From Nageia nagi (Eukaryota; Plantae; Pinophyta): 64,000 nt of DNA. How positions within the stretch are numbered: position 1 is the stretch's first letter; the number at the start of each line of letters is the position of its first letter. The notes beneath the pieces are model-generated. The model worked only from the letters and a program-made list of their open reading frames with translations, was not told the origin of the DNA and did no database searches. The stretch is from contig JBITNC010000001.1 of NCBI GenBank assembly GCA_050084985.1, forward strand, positions 161,014,001 to 161,078,000. Reading direction: 5' to 3'. This document shows positions 1 to 12,230 of the stretch, one piece after another. The translations under genes were made by a program, and so were the position numbers.

Positions 1-1040
1 ATGATAAATGCTGAGAATGATACAATACCAAGCTCAAGAGGGCTCAACGTTAACCTCCAAGGAGCCAACTAGGGCACACAACTATGCAGAGATGGATACT
101 GTTGTCAAAACCACTGTAGAACAACCACACTCTACCAGATCTGTGGATGCCACACTGAAGGGCTCCCTCACAGGCTAGCTCTTAGTGAAGAGATCGAATG
201 TGATTCCAAAATGCCACCAGATGGATTCAAAGGTGTAGATTGCTTGTGGACGCCTCAAGGTAGGGCAACCTCAAAACACAAACATTCACCTCAACTGCTA
301 GTCCGAAGTCCTTCCAAGTCTCCTAGACTCTCCTTGTGCTACATGCCCAAGGGTGCTTGACACCACCAAGTCTTTGCGTAGAAGAAGGGGTTTCAATATC
401 AAATCTAGTCTATCTCTACAATGAGGCTCCTTTGCCTTATATAACACATCACTGGATCTGGAAATCACCTCAAAGTCATCACCCAGCCTTCCCAATCCAA
501 CATTGGCTTCCTAGAAGCTCCACAAAATCCAACGAAGGTGCCTAGGGGTCAATCCCATCCCAACGTGGGTATTTGGGCCCTTTACAAGCCCAACATGGGT
601 CCTCATGCTCAATGCGGGTGCTTGGGAGTCATCCATGACATGTGGGGTCTAAAGTGCATGCGTGGGCGTCTTGGTGTCACCATGGGCCAACATGGGGGTC
701 TAGAAGTCTCCCCAAGGCTAACGCATGTATACAAGTGCTCTCAAATCCAACGTTGGGCAATTAAGTGATTTTCCATGCTCAAGTGTCATCTAGGTGTTAT
801 ACAAGTCTTGGGATTTCCACAATTATTTTAGGATCTCCAAGTGCATTAATGACAAAAAAAATAACACATCCTAACTTGGGAGGAAAACGTCTCACATGGG
901 GCTCACAACATGGGTTCAACGAACCATTATATTTCTATCCCAAGTAACTAACAACAAATAGATAAATAAATAAAATATTTTACAAAAAAGAATCTCTAGG
1001 ATTCCAAATTTATTTATTTTTATCCAAAGGGGATGTTACA
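1..1040. mobile_element. LTR truncated by the window edge; same family as solo LTR 10480-11660
   Basis: Extended similarity to 10720-11660 (e.g. gggggtctagaagtctccccaaggct; end ggggatgttaca vs ggggatgtcaca); ends in CA. Confidence 0.8.
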
Positions 1041-2265
1041 TCCAAGTAGGCCAGTTGGTGATGAAAGGCATCACTGATCACCCTGCTCCATCGTATAGCT
1101 CTCCCTAAGCTGAGCATAGCAATGAAACCGGTGAACTCCTTCCTATACTTAGTATCATTCTCCTAGCATGTGACCCTTAACAGTAAAGTAATCAACTTAG
1201 ACATTGTGGCAAGGAACTCTTCGCTACGAGCACTAACCAACGTCTTGCCTTGGAGTCCTTAGTAGCCATCATAGAGCCAACATCTAATATAATCTCCAAG
1301 TCTAGCGATACTATCATGAAATTCTTCTTACTAGGATATTGCATATTCATCTTCATATCTTTTCCAGCCAAAAGCAGCTTCAATCCCTATTGAAATAAAA
1401 TCCATGATCATGTTCCCTTTTGTGTCTAAGAGAACTCTCTTATCTAATTTACAACGTTTGGCCACTTCGTAACATAAGTCAAGAAAAGGAACAACAAAAG
1501 GGATCATAGTAGCATTAAACAAACCATAGGAGTGGATGATTTCATCAAGCAAATCTTCTTCACTAATACTAACAATGGATACAATAGTTTGGATAGGATC
1601 AATGTTTCCCCAATCTATATCTCCGACGAAAGAGAATCTCTCTCTCTCTCCCTCTCCCTCCCCCTCCCCCTTCCCCTCCCTCCCTCCCTCCCTTCGTCCT
1701 CCCCTCCCGCCTTCCCTCCCTTCCTCCCTCCCTCCCTCTCTCTCTCTCAAGCTCTTGTTTTTTGCCAAAAATCCAAAAACATGCTTAGTGTTGGAAATAC
1801 CTCATCCACTTGGGCGCACCACATTTTGGTACGTGCTTTTTCACTACATGAAATACATGCGTCCAAGCACAAAATATACCAAATTTCACCGAAATTATCA
1901 AAATGACCCTCGAAAATGATGTGCAATGAAGGGAAATGCCTTTTAAGATATGATGGGTGCGATTTTGGCATGAAAAATCCAATTTTAGACATGAAAATGT
2001 AATAATTGACCAGACATATGCAAAATGACGTTGGGCGCACCATTTTTGATACATGCAAAAGCATGTCCCCTAAACCATGCACCTAAGACAAAAATGATGC
2101 ATTTGGACTTGTTCTCTCTTGAATATGCAAATTTACCACATTTATCCTTGTTTAGATTTGAAATTCATGCATTTGACTAAGAAAATTTTCTATGCTTTGT
2201 GTTTCAGTATAATGAGGGTCCTCAAAAATGCAAAAAAATTTGGAGGGTGTTATGCAGGCACAACA
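1041..2265 (-). mobile_element. 5' part of LTR-like unit (family X, starts TGTTGTGCCT) with degenerate accessory ORF at ~1620-1190
   Basis: Reverse complement from 2265 matches the start of unit 6817-10188 (tgttgtgcct...aaaatttt...gaccctc); ORF remnant FVGDIDWGNID...GLFNATMIP...LCYEVAKR...IEAAFGWK. Confidence 0.7.
1637..1748 (+). repeat. Polypyrimidine low-complexity tract (CT/CCT/CCCT)
   Basis: Visible run ctctctctctcccctctccctcccc...ccctctctctctctc. Confidence 0.9.
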
Positions 2266-2856
2266 ACCAAGAATAAGTGCAAGTCTATAACAAGGCTATC
2301 ACAAGTTCTAGGGCATCACCCAAGACTCCCAACAGGCACAATAAAGACTCCCAAAGGCTGGTGCAAGACTTCTAGAGCCTAGGAGAGTTGGTGCAAAATC
2401 CCAAGGACTCCTAAAGGCTGACACAAGTGCTAGAATGGCTTCCAAGGATTGCGCAAGCTCTCCAAGTGTAGATAATAGCAAATATGCCACTAGTAGGCTA
2501 GGGAGCAGCCCTAGACCATAGAAGGAAGATTCAAGTGGTGAATCTTGCCTCCTTTTATAGGTGCTTTTACCCTGAAATTACCAATAATTAAACTCCTAGT
2601 CGACTTGGAATAGAATACTTTTCTCCTAGCCACCTCTCTTTCCCAAACCGCGATATTAGCATCCTGGTTTCCTAGGAAAACTTCAATTTGCAATATCTCC
2701 TTTGTTTCTTGACGAAACCATGTCATGTAACCTATCAAAAGACTCAAAATGAATAGCAAAAGATTCTCCATCCATTCCAAAAGACAAATCAATGATCCAA
2801 GACTTGACATGGAAGTTATGCCTTCAACAAGGTTTCTCAAAATTGGGGACATCACA
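2266..2856 (-). mobile_element. 5' fragment of LTR family Y (starts TGTGATGTCCCC), interrupted by family X
   Basis: Reverse complement matches 22108-22732 up to attcttggt; translated frames are near-identical (MSPILRNLVEGITS vs MSPILRNFVKGITS). Confidence 0.75.
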
Positions 2857-3054
2857 GTATGACCATATGCATGGTAGGATATGCAACACCCAATGCAAAC
2901 TACGAAGAGTTTAGTACATGGGTGAGAAAATTAAAAAAATGCATTATGAAGTACCCAACACAAGACATAAGGGTGAGGGTTTATATTAATTACATTTTGA
3001 AATTGAAGTTCTAGACATTAAAACATCGTATTTAAAAGCAAAAGAGATGATAAT

Positions 3055-3056
<2 letters not shown>

Positions 3057-3115
<59 letters not shown>
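3057..3115 (+). repeat. Compound microsatellite (TA)n(TG)n
   Basis: Directly visible. Confidence 0.97.
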
Positions 3116-4357
3116 CTCACAAGATAATATATGAAGATGAATTTTTCAAGAGTTGTTTCTTACCATGGTTGTCACTGTATGCAAATGAAAACTAGAAGTG
3201 CAGTAGCAGTTATGCATATCAATACAAAAGCGTTAATATATATTCATTTTAAGCCTCATAGTGTACAATAATCTTGTAGATAATTCTTTTTTTGTTTTAA
3301 CTAGATGCAGTAAAAAATACTGAAAATGCACTCAATGCATGAGATTGCACTTGGTACATCTAGGGTACAGCAATGGAGATGTTCAGTACCTATGCTTGTG
3401 TACCAAGTACAGGTGCATATCGAGTGCAGATGCTTACCCAGTGCAAGTGTGTACCAATTGAACCAAACTTTAGGCTTGATGTATGCACCAAGACAACCCT
3501 GATTGAGAAAAATGACCATATTTCCAACGAGGATGCATTTTTTAACCTTTGCTCCCTTCAAAAGGTTTTGAGCGACCATCATTCCACTTTTTATAACCAC
3601 CAAAGATTGTCCAAGTGGGCCCAATGAGAACTAATCACTCCCATTCGCATCATTGAATATTGCATAGACTTGGATAATTTATGAATACAATATTTCAAAC
3701 ACTTGCCAAACAAATATTAACTAGAATCAATCCTGTTACTTTTAAAGAATGTCGATAACAGAGGTTGCTCAATCAATCATTTGACTTTTGAAGAATGTCG
3801 ATTGCAGAGGTTGCTCAATTATTCAACATAGTAGCCAGAGGCTCTTTCAGGGTGAGAGAATGCAATAGGTTTGACATGAATGGCACCCCTAGATGACTCC
3901 AAGCGAAGAAATAAAAGGTCGGGGACTTTTTAAAAGGATAAGTCAGGAGGATTTCTAATTTTGTTTCCACATTTTTTTATTTCTGCAATTATTTTTTATT
4001 CATTGACTGTGTCAAACTGTAGCGTATCAAATCCCTGCTAATGTAACTGCAACTGAAAATCTAAGTGACTTGTGTATTGAGCATCTTTGCATTTAAACCA
4101 AAAAGGCATGACTTCTGCAAAATACAGATTGTGACTTAGTGGATCTAGTGATATGTAAGGTGGTTAAAATTTGCTCATAAAAATCTTGGATTTAGAAATA
4201 GAAATAAAACAACCCCTATGTTTGGACAGAATATGAATAAAGGATGACTGCTCTTCATTCTAACAATTTTATAGTACTGCACAAATTATCTTGATTAAAA
4301 AATTATCAAAAAAAAATTTTGAGATGCAAATTTATGGTAAAACTACGAGAATTTTAC

Positions 4358-4441
4358 CCTTGCAGTGTCAAACAAATTTACAACATAGATATGGAAGTCC
4401 CGTTGAAGCCAAAGAATGTCACTATCTGCTCCATGAAACAC
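4358..4441 (-). CDS. RRP6L3: RRP6-like 3, coding exon 4 (ExoII motif); gene continues beyond window start
   Basis: 84 nt, tgcAG acceptor and GTaaaa donor; translates [28 protein letters not shown], the canonical RRP6 HGAxxDxxWLQRDF motif, directly continuing exon 3 (...PQICK). Confidence 0.93.
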
Positions 4442-6378
4442 CTGCAAATTATTTACCATAAGTTATAGTGAATTCATGCAATTGTAGAAAACATGGAGAC
4501 AAAGTCACCTTTCAAAAAATAAGCTTTCAATAACTTCAGTGTGTGTGTATGTTCCCAAAGTAGATGACAAATTGACAAAATACATATTTGTATTTTAAAT
4601 AATATATGATCTATAAAATTATAAATGCACAATGTCAATAACCTATATATAGTGCTCTATATATTTACTACAGAAGAAAACGAACTACATGCATACTTGA
4701 ATATTTTCTTCAAAATATCATATATAGCATCAGAAGTAGACGCAGACCCAACTCTATTAGCTAGACCAAGAGGTCCATGAGGTGGGTGTTCATGATCCTC
4801 AAGATCAATAGCATCTAGGAAATTTTCCAATTCAGAACTGAAAAAACTCATCCCAGCTGTTTACCTGCGCCTTTGAGTACTCTATATTCAATCTATCACA
4901 AAATTCAAACTAAAAAAGACTATGTAGAATTGACATCTTCTAGATATCTAGATGTACATTACGTTGTGCATAAGAAATTGAAGCCATGGAAAAATGAATG
5001 AGATTAAAAGCAAATTTGTTTCTACCTCATAATGTTGCTGCTCCCAAGATCATTCTATATAGCTTGGACTTTGAAAAAACAAGGTTCTTCTTGCTCTTAC
5101 AAGGAAAATTGCTTCCTGACTTTAAAATTTGCAAACACAAGAATGCGTAATAAAGGAAGATGGATTTCTTTTACATCTTGAATTTATTTTATTCATTATT
5201 TATGTTCTTTTGGTAACAATTCTTCAGCTTATTTTGGTATATGCTTTATTAGGAAACTACAGTTTTTAGTGGCCACCTAAAATGCCTTTGTCAGCCAAAA
5301 CAATGCACTAAAAGGTTGGAAATACATTGGAAATGGTAGGGATCCTTTCAGAGAGAAGTTTTTGGTCTTCTAAAATGAGAAGCATCTTCCAAGAATTTTC
5401 GAGCAAGGAAACAAGTTTCCAATAAACAAAAATTTCAGAAATTTGTTTCCTTAGGAAGTCATCATGCAGAAGAAAGTTTCTCATAAACATAAATATCCAC
5501 CCTCAAAATGCAATGCAACAATATATATTGTTAAGGATCCAATTATAATTTCCAACCAAGAACATATATTGTTGGTCATATAGCATAAATTATCCAGGAT
5601 TCTCAAACCAATCAAACCAGAAAGAACATGATAGTATAGCCTGGATAATACCCTTATCAACCAGCAGTTTCATCAGGCCAGAAGAGAGCAATTTCACTCT
5701 GAGAAATGGTGGATTTACCATGATAACAGGTAGTATTGACTCTGAAAAGTGGCAGTTTCATACTGAGAAATGGCAGTTTTTGTTTTTCCTTTCAATTGTT
5801 TGTCATGTACATGAAAGGTCAAGCGTGCACTGGCCATAGCTCATGACCTATACATGTAAGACAACTCTTTCTCCAGAGCAATGAACAGAATCGTTGAAAC
5901 TTAGCATTGTAACATTCTGACTATGAATAAAGCATCTGTTTGACTTCATTTAAGTTCTTTGTCGTTCCTTTTTTGTTCACATGTATAATACTCTCTTTAG
6001 GTATTCGCTTGTGATTCTTTCATTACAACACATACAGTCCTGTACTTGTTCTGTTGTTATTCAGGTCTCATTCACACTCCTGGGTGAAAATCTCATAACA
6101 TTTAAGATGGAAAATGTGAAGGCACAACAGTGAAGAACAAATGGCATATACCAAAGTTGAAATTCTGCCATCAATTGAACATAAAGTAGTAAATATATCA
6201 TGTCCATGACATCAATCAAACTACGATACAGTTGAACAAGGTAATAAGCATTTCTCACAGCCTTGTAAATAATACAGTCCAGGAAGTCAAAACATAACCT
6301 ACTAGTGTCAGAGTTTTTATCATTGATGTCAACAATCGAAGCTGATCAAACAGCACTGAAAATTTTCATAGAAAAATT

Positions 6379-6563
6379 CATAGTATACAAATTCTCCGTT
6401 TATTCGCAAATTTGATCAATGTACGTGAATTTTCCGGGGCCCCAAATTTTGAAAGTTCTTGCCTTCCATAGTATTTTTGGCATTTTTTTCCGTTTTTCCC
6501 AAACTTTTCCTGAATGTTTGCCAAATTTTAAAATTTGGTACCAAACCGTATTTGTAAACTATG
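6379..6563. mobile_element. hAT-type MITE, 185 bp
   Basis: TIRs catagtatacaaat / atttgtaaactatg (13/14 complementary); the sequence ctgaaaat follows the right TIR and also occurs ~15 bp upstream of the left TIR. Confidence 0.65.
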
Positions 6564-7474
6564 CTGAAAATTACCTTGTCCGACTCCTTCATAGTAGCAT
6601 ATAAAAGTTAGTATCAGGGCAAGAAAACTGATGAATGATTTGCAGAAAATGACTTTATTTAACATAATTTATTTCTTAGTGTAAAGTTTATTGATTCTTG
6701 ATGGGTTTTCATTATAGAAAGATTACCCATCTATTATAAGTAGGGATAATGCCATCTTCATATTAGGTATCATAATGAACTTTTTGGTGATGTCATCCAG
6801 GTTCTCAAAAGGTCCTTGTTGTGCCTACACAACACACCCCAAAATTTTCGCAATTTTCGGGACCCTCTTCTGAGCTAAGACCATTGGGATGAATATTTTC
6901 TACTCAAATCCGATGCATTTCGATCAACTAGAGTTATAAGAGGCTAAACTATGCATACTCTAGCAGAATCAAGCATGAAATTCTTCTACGTCATGAGGGC
7001 ATGTTTTCTGATGAGTGCAAAAGTACTCACTCAAAATGGTGCAACTGAGTAAAAATCTGCATTTTTTGATGAGTGCAAAAGTACTCACTCAAAATGTTGC
7101 AACTGAGTAAAAATCTTCTAAGTCCGAAATTATGCATTCCTACATCAATTGGTTGCTACCATACATTCTGAGATCATACTGGCTCATTCTGGAAAAATTG
7201 GCCAAGTGTTTGACTTGAGCGCACCATTTTTATGTAGTGAAAAAGCACTCACTCAAAACGGTGCAACCAGCCTTGACGGTACTAAAATTGGCTAAGTCGT
7301 TGAGAAATTGAGCATACACTAGGGGTAGACAAGTGTCCTCACATGCATTGGATCACTTTTTGCACTAATCGACATATGACACTTGTCCATTGGAGACTAC
7401 ATAGTATAAAAGGCAGCATGCTAGTTCATTTTGTATCTTGGATCACTTCACTCATGTGGCATCTAGCTTTGCTG

Positions 7475-7708
7475 AAGTGCAAAAGCACTCCTCCAAAACA
7501 GTGCAACTGGGCATGTTCTCCATTGAGTGCAAAAGCACTCCTCCAAAACAGTACAATTGGGCATGCTTTTCATTGAGTGCAAAAGCACTCCTCCAAAACA
7601 GTGCGACTAGGCATGCTTTTCATTGAGTGCAAAAGCACTCCTCCAAAACAATGCGACTAGGCATGCTTTTCATTGAGTGCAAAAGCACTCCTCCAAAACA
7701 GTGCGACC
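7475..7708 (+). repeat. Tandem repeat, 50-bp unit x ~4.6, units containing GAGTGC-AAAA-GCACTC hairpin
   Basis: Units start at 7475, 7525, 7575, 7625, 7675; related 58-bp duplication at ~7010-7115 and dispersed copies to ~8290. Confidence 0.92.
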
Positions 7709-8835
7709 AAGGAGGAAGAAGACCTATACTTAGCCGTTTTTGGAGCTTACAGAGCTAGTCGCATACTTTCAGGTGCATGCTTTTGCACCCATCCCAAACT
7801 GTGCGACCATCTTTGAGAGAAGAAATTTGGCTAAGTGTGGGGCCCGGATGTTGACAGTGTAACTACATGCATTTGACCCTCACCTACACCAATCACAAGG
7901 TGACACCTGTCCAATCCGAAGAAGGCTATAAAAGGAAGGTCAGCCTCAGTTAATCAATTTGGATAGCTAAGTCTAGGGCACTGCGTGGATTGAAGGAGCA
8001 AAAGCACGTACCAAAAACAATGCGCCCAAGCTCAAAAGGGTTAATTTTGAAAGAAAATTTGGCTAAAGTCATTTGTTACATCGAATTGGTAGGCACATGC
8101 ATTCTGGGACATGAAAAAGCACTCCTCCAAAAACGGTGCGCCCATGTAAAAGCACTCATTCAAAATGGTGCGACCAAATTTGGAGGCATAATTTTTCTAA
8201 GGCATGGAAAAGCACTACTCTGTTTTGGTGCGACTAGGCATGGTTTTCATAGAGTACCAAAAGCATGTACCAAAAACAATGCGCCCAGACATAGAAGACA
8301 TACATTGAACACATTCTGTAGCAAATTGAAGCCTGCCACATGTCCCAAGCATTGACATTTGTTCCAAGCAATGCCACTTGTCCAAGAAGCACTACTTGTC
8401 AAATGCATGCCATACATATGCCACCTGCCTTAGAAGAAAAGATCTATGAATATCATACAAGACTCCTTTTCTGTGCGACACACCATAGCTACTTTTTCAG
8501 GAGGCTTGGTGACTGAATATCTTTGGAAGCTGCGACTATAGAAGATAGTGCAAAACTCATCTCTAAAGGGAAAAGCTCGTGGAATTAAGTTTTCAAATAG
8601 CCATTCGGACAAAGGAAGAGATACGGGATGTTCAAAGTTTTCAGTCTGAATATAGTTACATGCTAAGACAGTTGATGGATATGCCAAAGTATCACATATG
8701 GATGAAGAAAACAATTTACTCAGACCCATTTTGGCACTTCTCCCAAAGCACATTAGGACATTCAAGATTGGGCCGACCATCTGACATCCCCAAAGAGGAG
8801 TTGAAATCTACAAAGCTCGAGGCAAATTCCGGGCA

Positions 8836-8912
8836 GATTTGATTCGCTTGCAGATTTGATTTGCTTGCAAATTTGATTCGCTTACGGATTTGATTTGCTT
8901 GCAGACTTGATC
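8836..8912 (+). repeat. Tandem 17-bp repeat (atttgattcgcttgcag) x ~4
   Basis: Directly visible; a single copy of the motif occurs at ~24772. Confidence 0.85.
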
Positions 8913-10479
8913 TACCCACTCTCTTTTTCAGTTCATATGCATTTATGGGGTTCTGAAAAACTATCATTTCATTGATTTGACTAGTGTGTGGATGAATTTG
9001 CTCCCACCGACTCAAATTTTTGACATTCCAGCCGTATCAGATTTCATTTTCATAGAATAGACGTGCATGTTAAAGTTTCCGACGTTGGAATTTATTTTTT
9101 GTCAGTTATTAAATGCCATGACAGTCGAGGTAGCATAGATGTTTGTGATGATTTGATGTTTATTTTGATACTATTAGATTTGACGCCTTTAGGGCAAGAT
9201 TAGGGCAACACCGCATTTATTGTGGCTACCTTTTTGAAGCTATAAGTACCCGGCTTGGGTCATTTTGTATAGGGGGGTTATTTTTGAGAGTTTTAAGAAG
9301 GGGTGTGACAATTCGATAGAAGAGTTTGATATGCTATAGAAGAGTTATCTTTTTGAAAACTACTTTCTATTTTGAAGTATTGCTTTGAAGATTAATGCAA
9401 TTGGAGCCTCCATTTCGTGGGATTATGCATATTATCTTGAAAGATTTTCTTACCAGTTTGGATGATTTTTACTGCTTAAGTGCATTCTCTTTGAAAACTA
9501 AGAGTTTTAAGAGGAGATAGTTGAATATTTTGTGAAGTGGTATAAATTATTCATTGCATGATTTGCATATGTGTATGTATTTTGGGGTGTATAGCTCGTC
9601 TCTATGTCATTCGGTTAGACTTGTGTGTTCACACTATCATTTTCTTTTACCCCACTCTATTGAGTCTTCCACCAAGATGCTACAACTTCCTGCTCTCGTC
9701 TGGTAGTGATTTGCGTGCATATTGCTATTTGTTGCCTGGCTTGATAGTATTAATGAGTCCGGAGATAACCTACCGAGACACTGCATCACTGGTGGATGTT
9801 TCTTTGCTAGCTTGACTTAAACTTCTTGTGCGCCCCTCACCTCTTTTTTTTTTTTTTTTTTTTCTTTTTCCCTTTCGCAGCTGCTAAATCCTGAAATAAC
9901 CTCAAGTTTCAATGACATTCCCTAACCAAAAAACAAACTCCAAATCCCTTATATAGCAGGTTGATGGCTTGCATCTCTCCTCACTCGAGCTACTCCAAGA
10001 TTCACAAATCATCAGACAAGCTATAAAGAGAAAAGTGATAAGTTATAAGTCCTAGTGACACGAAAAGAAACCTTGGGGTAGAGAGTCCTTTCAAGTGGGA
10101 GTAGGTAACGCTACTTCACCTAAGTTGTTGAGTCCATTTCCAATATTGCTTGCAACCTTGCTCAGAGGGAAAGGAAAACACAATAATAGTCCTTATGCCT
10201 AATTATTCAAAAACCTTGCTTCCCAAGAATTTGGAATACCATCACTGAGATGCAGTAGAGAAAATATACCTCACTGAGTGCAACATGACACCAAGATGCT
10301 AATGTAACTAGTACTAAGAAGGAAAAAGTAATTATGATTAACTTGCTCCCTGTGCAGCATAAAGACTGATTCATGATGACAAAAAGATTGCATAATAGTT
10401 GATGAGTTCAAGGTGAACAGGGGGAATATTTAAATCAAAATGATCAAATCAACAAGGTAACCTTGTGGTTGCAATAGGT

Positions 10480-11660
10480 TGTAAATGCCTAATTGCAATT
10501 TCTCACACAATTAAGCAAATTCTCTTAATCAAGCACCCATGTTTGGCTTAGAAGGGCATCAACAAGCATCAAACACCTCAATATGCCAACGTTAGGGTTA
10601 GGGCATGAGATACAAGCAATTACAACCTCACAATGCCAATGTCTGGCTCATACATTCACATACATGCAAAGATAATCAAACAATGCCAATAGACAAGTAT
10701 GCTCAACACAACAATGAGATCCAATAGCCCACGGCTTGTATTGATGATATAGAAGGAATACAAATACAATACCAGGCCCGTTGGGCTCAACATTGGCCTC
10801 CAAGGAGCCAACTATGGCACAAGGAATGTCTCTATTGCTAGACGGAAAAAACACTAAAAGGGATAGCCTTGCTCCCTCAGAATCTGAATCCTCTCCACCG
10901 AACCCTAGTGACCAACTGAATGGTAGAAGCTCGACCTTGTAATACCATTGGATGGGCTAGGGTGCTACACCAAACTCGTAGATTAACAAGATCCTTTAGC
11001 CTGTCAACCCTCCTAGATGTTGCACCTAGGGATCTTGCTTGACACTACACCAAGACTTTTGTCTTGTGTACGGTATGAGTAATATTATCAAATTTGTATA
11101 TCCAACAATAATGCTCCAAGGGCTAATATAGCTTTCTTGGATCTGGATCTCACCTTAATGTCATCACCCAATCCCCTCAAACCCCAACATTGGCACCTAG
11201 GAGTCATTCCAAGTCCAACATGGGTATATAGAACTCCCTCATGCTCCACGTGGGTCTAAGAATGCATGTGTGGGTCAAGGAGGCATGCGTGGGCATCTGG
11301 TGGGCAACTTGGGTGTCATAGGCCAACGTGGGGGGTCTAGAAGTCTCCCCAAGGCTGGCGCATGTATACAAGTGTTCCCAATCTCAACGTTGGGGCCATT
11401 AAGTGCTCATCCATATTCTAAGTGCTAAATAGACCTTGGGATTCCCACAATCATGTTTCGGGATCTCCAAGTACATTAAAACACTCTAATCTACACTTAG
11501 GAGGGAGACGTCCCACTTGCGGCACACAATGGGGTCCAACAACCCATTAAATCTTATATCCCAAGTTCTAACTTAAAAGCACAATTAAATAATTAATTAT
11601 ACAAAAGGGGGAATCCATTGCATTCCAAAATTAATTACAATTGTACAAGGGGATGTCACA
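10480..11660. mobile_element. Solo LTR, 1181 bp, TSD TAGGT
   Basis: taggt|TGTAAATGCC...GGATGTCACA|taggt; no PBS, PPT or internal domain adjacent. Confidence 0.9.
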
Positions 11661-12230
11661 TAGGTGGAAGAGATTTGGCTTCAAGTCCATGAAACAAAGA
11701 AAGAGGTATGAAAAGTGAGAAACATTGCCAAAGGTTCTTTTCTGGTGGTTTTGAGGAAGACTCAACAAATCTGAGCAGAGCGCAACCAAGGAGAAGCACA
11801 GTAGAGATTCCAAGAGGAAGTTTGAACACTAAAAACTGAGTTTCAACTTATTTTGTGTAATATGGAAATTAAAAACAGGTGTGGTAGACATGTTCACAAT
11901 CATAAGCGCAAGAGTTCATTAAAGGCCCACTTTGCAAAAATAAAGGCTAGAATTATCAATTTGATCACGTGCCACGCTAACTTTGTTCATGCAAATAATA
12001 AATTGGCTGTTGCTATAGTATGAAAACCATGTAAAACCTCAACAGATCCAGGAAAGGAAAAATAAAAAGCAGCAGTAGAGGGGTACAAAGGAGAGTTATT
12101 TGGAAAAAGCATCAGAGTTCCAGTGGAACCTTGTGATTTAAGGTAGAAGCAGATATGAAAAGTTAGCTATTTGCGGTTCAACTAGATGCTAGAAGCTCAA
12201 TGAAGAAACCGATGCCTTAAACTTTTAAAG

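Larger units (their letters stand above)
6817..10188 (+). mobile_element. 3.4-kb solo-LTR-like unit (family X) with 5-bp TSD GTCCT
   Basis: gtcct|TGTTGTG...acacaataaTA|gtcct (terminal CA apparently mutated to TA). Contains tandem repeats, a coding remnant at ~8430-8780 and a TATA-like tataagta at 9241; 8840-9815 is similar to 24770-25735. Confidence 0.75.

Noticed and set aside
1532-1919. Pro/Ser-rich ORFs of 124-127 aa (and the Gly/Glu/Arg-rich start of the minus ORF)
   Set aside because: Artefacts of the stop-free CT-rich low-complexity tract.
1-4357. Next RRP6L3 exon (expected ACEVLSKPQ.SLAYLL-like, then ExoIII)
   Set aside because: Not found by eye; presumably outside the window.
6061-6258. 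65-aa minus-strand ORF as an extra exon or captured gene
   Set aside because: No recognisable motif; not needed for the RRP6L3 frame.
7475-7708. CRISPR-like array (regular repeats with a palindrome)
   Set aside because: The intervening sequences are near-identical rather than unique spacers, there are no cas genes, and the context is a plant retroelement.
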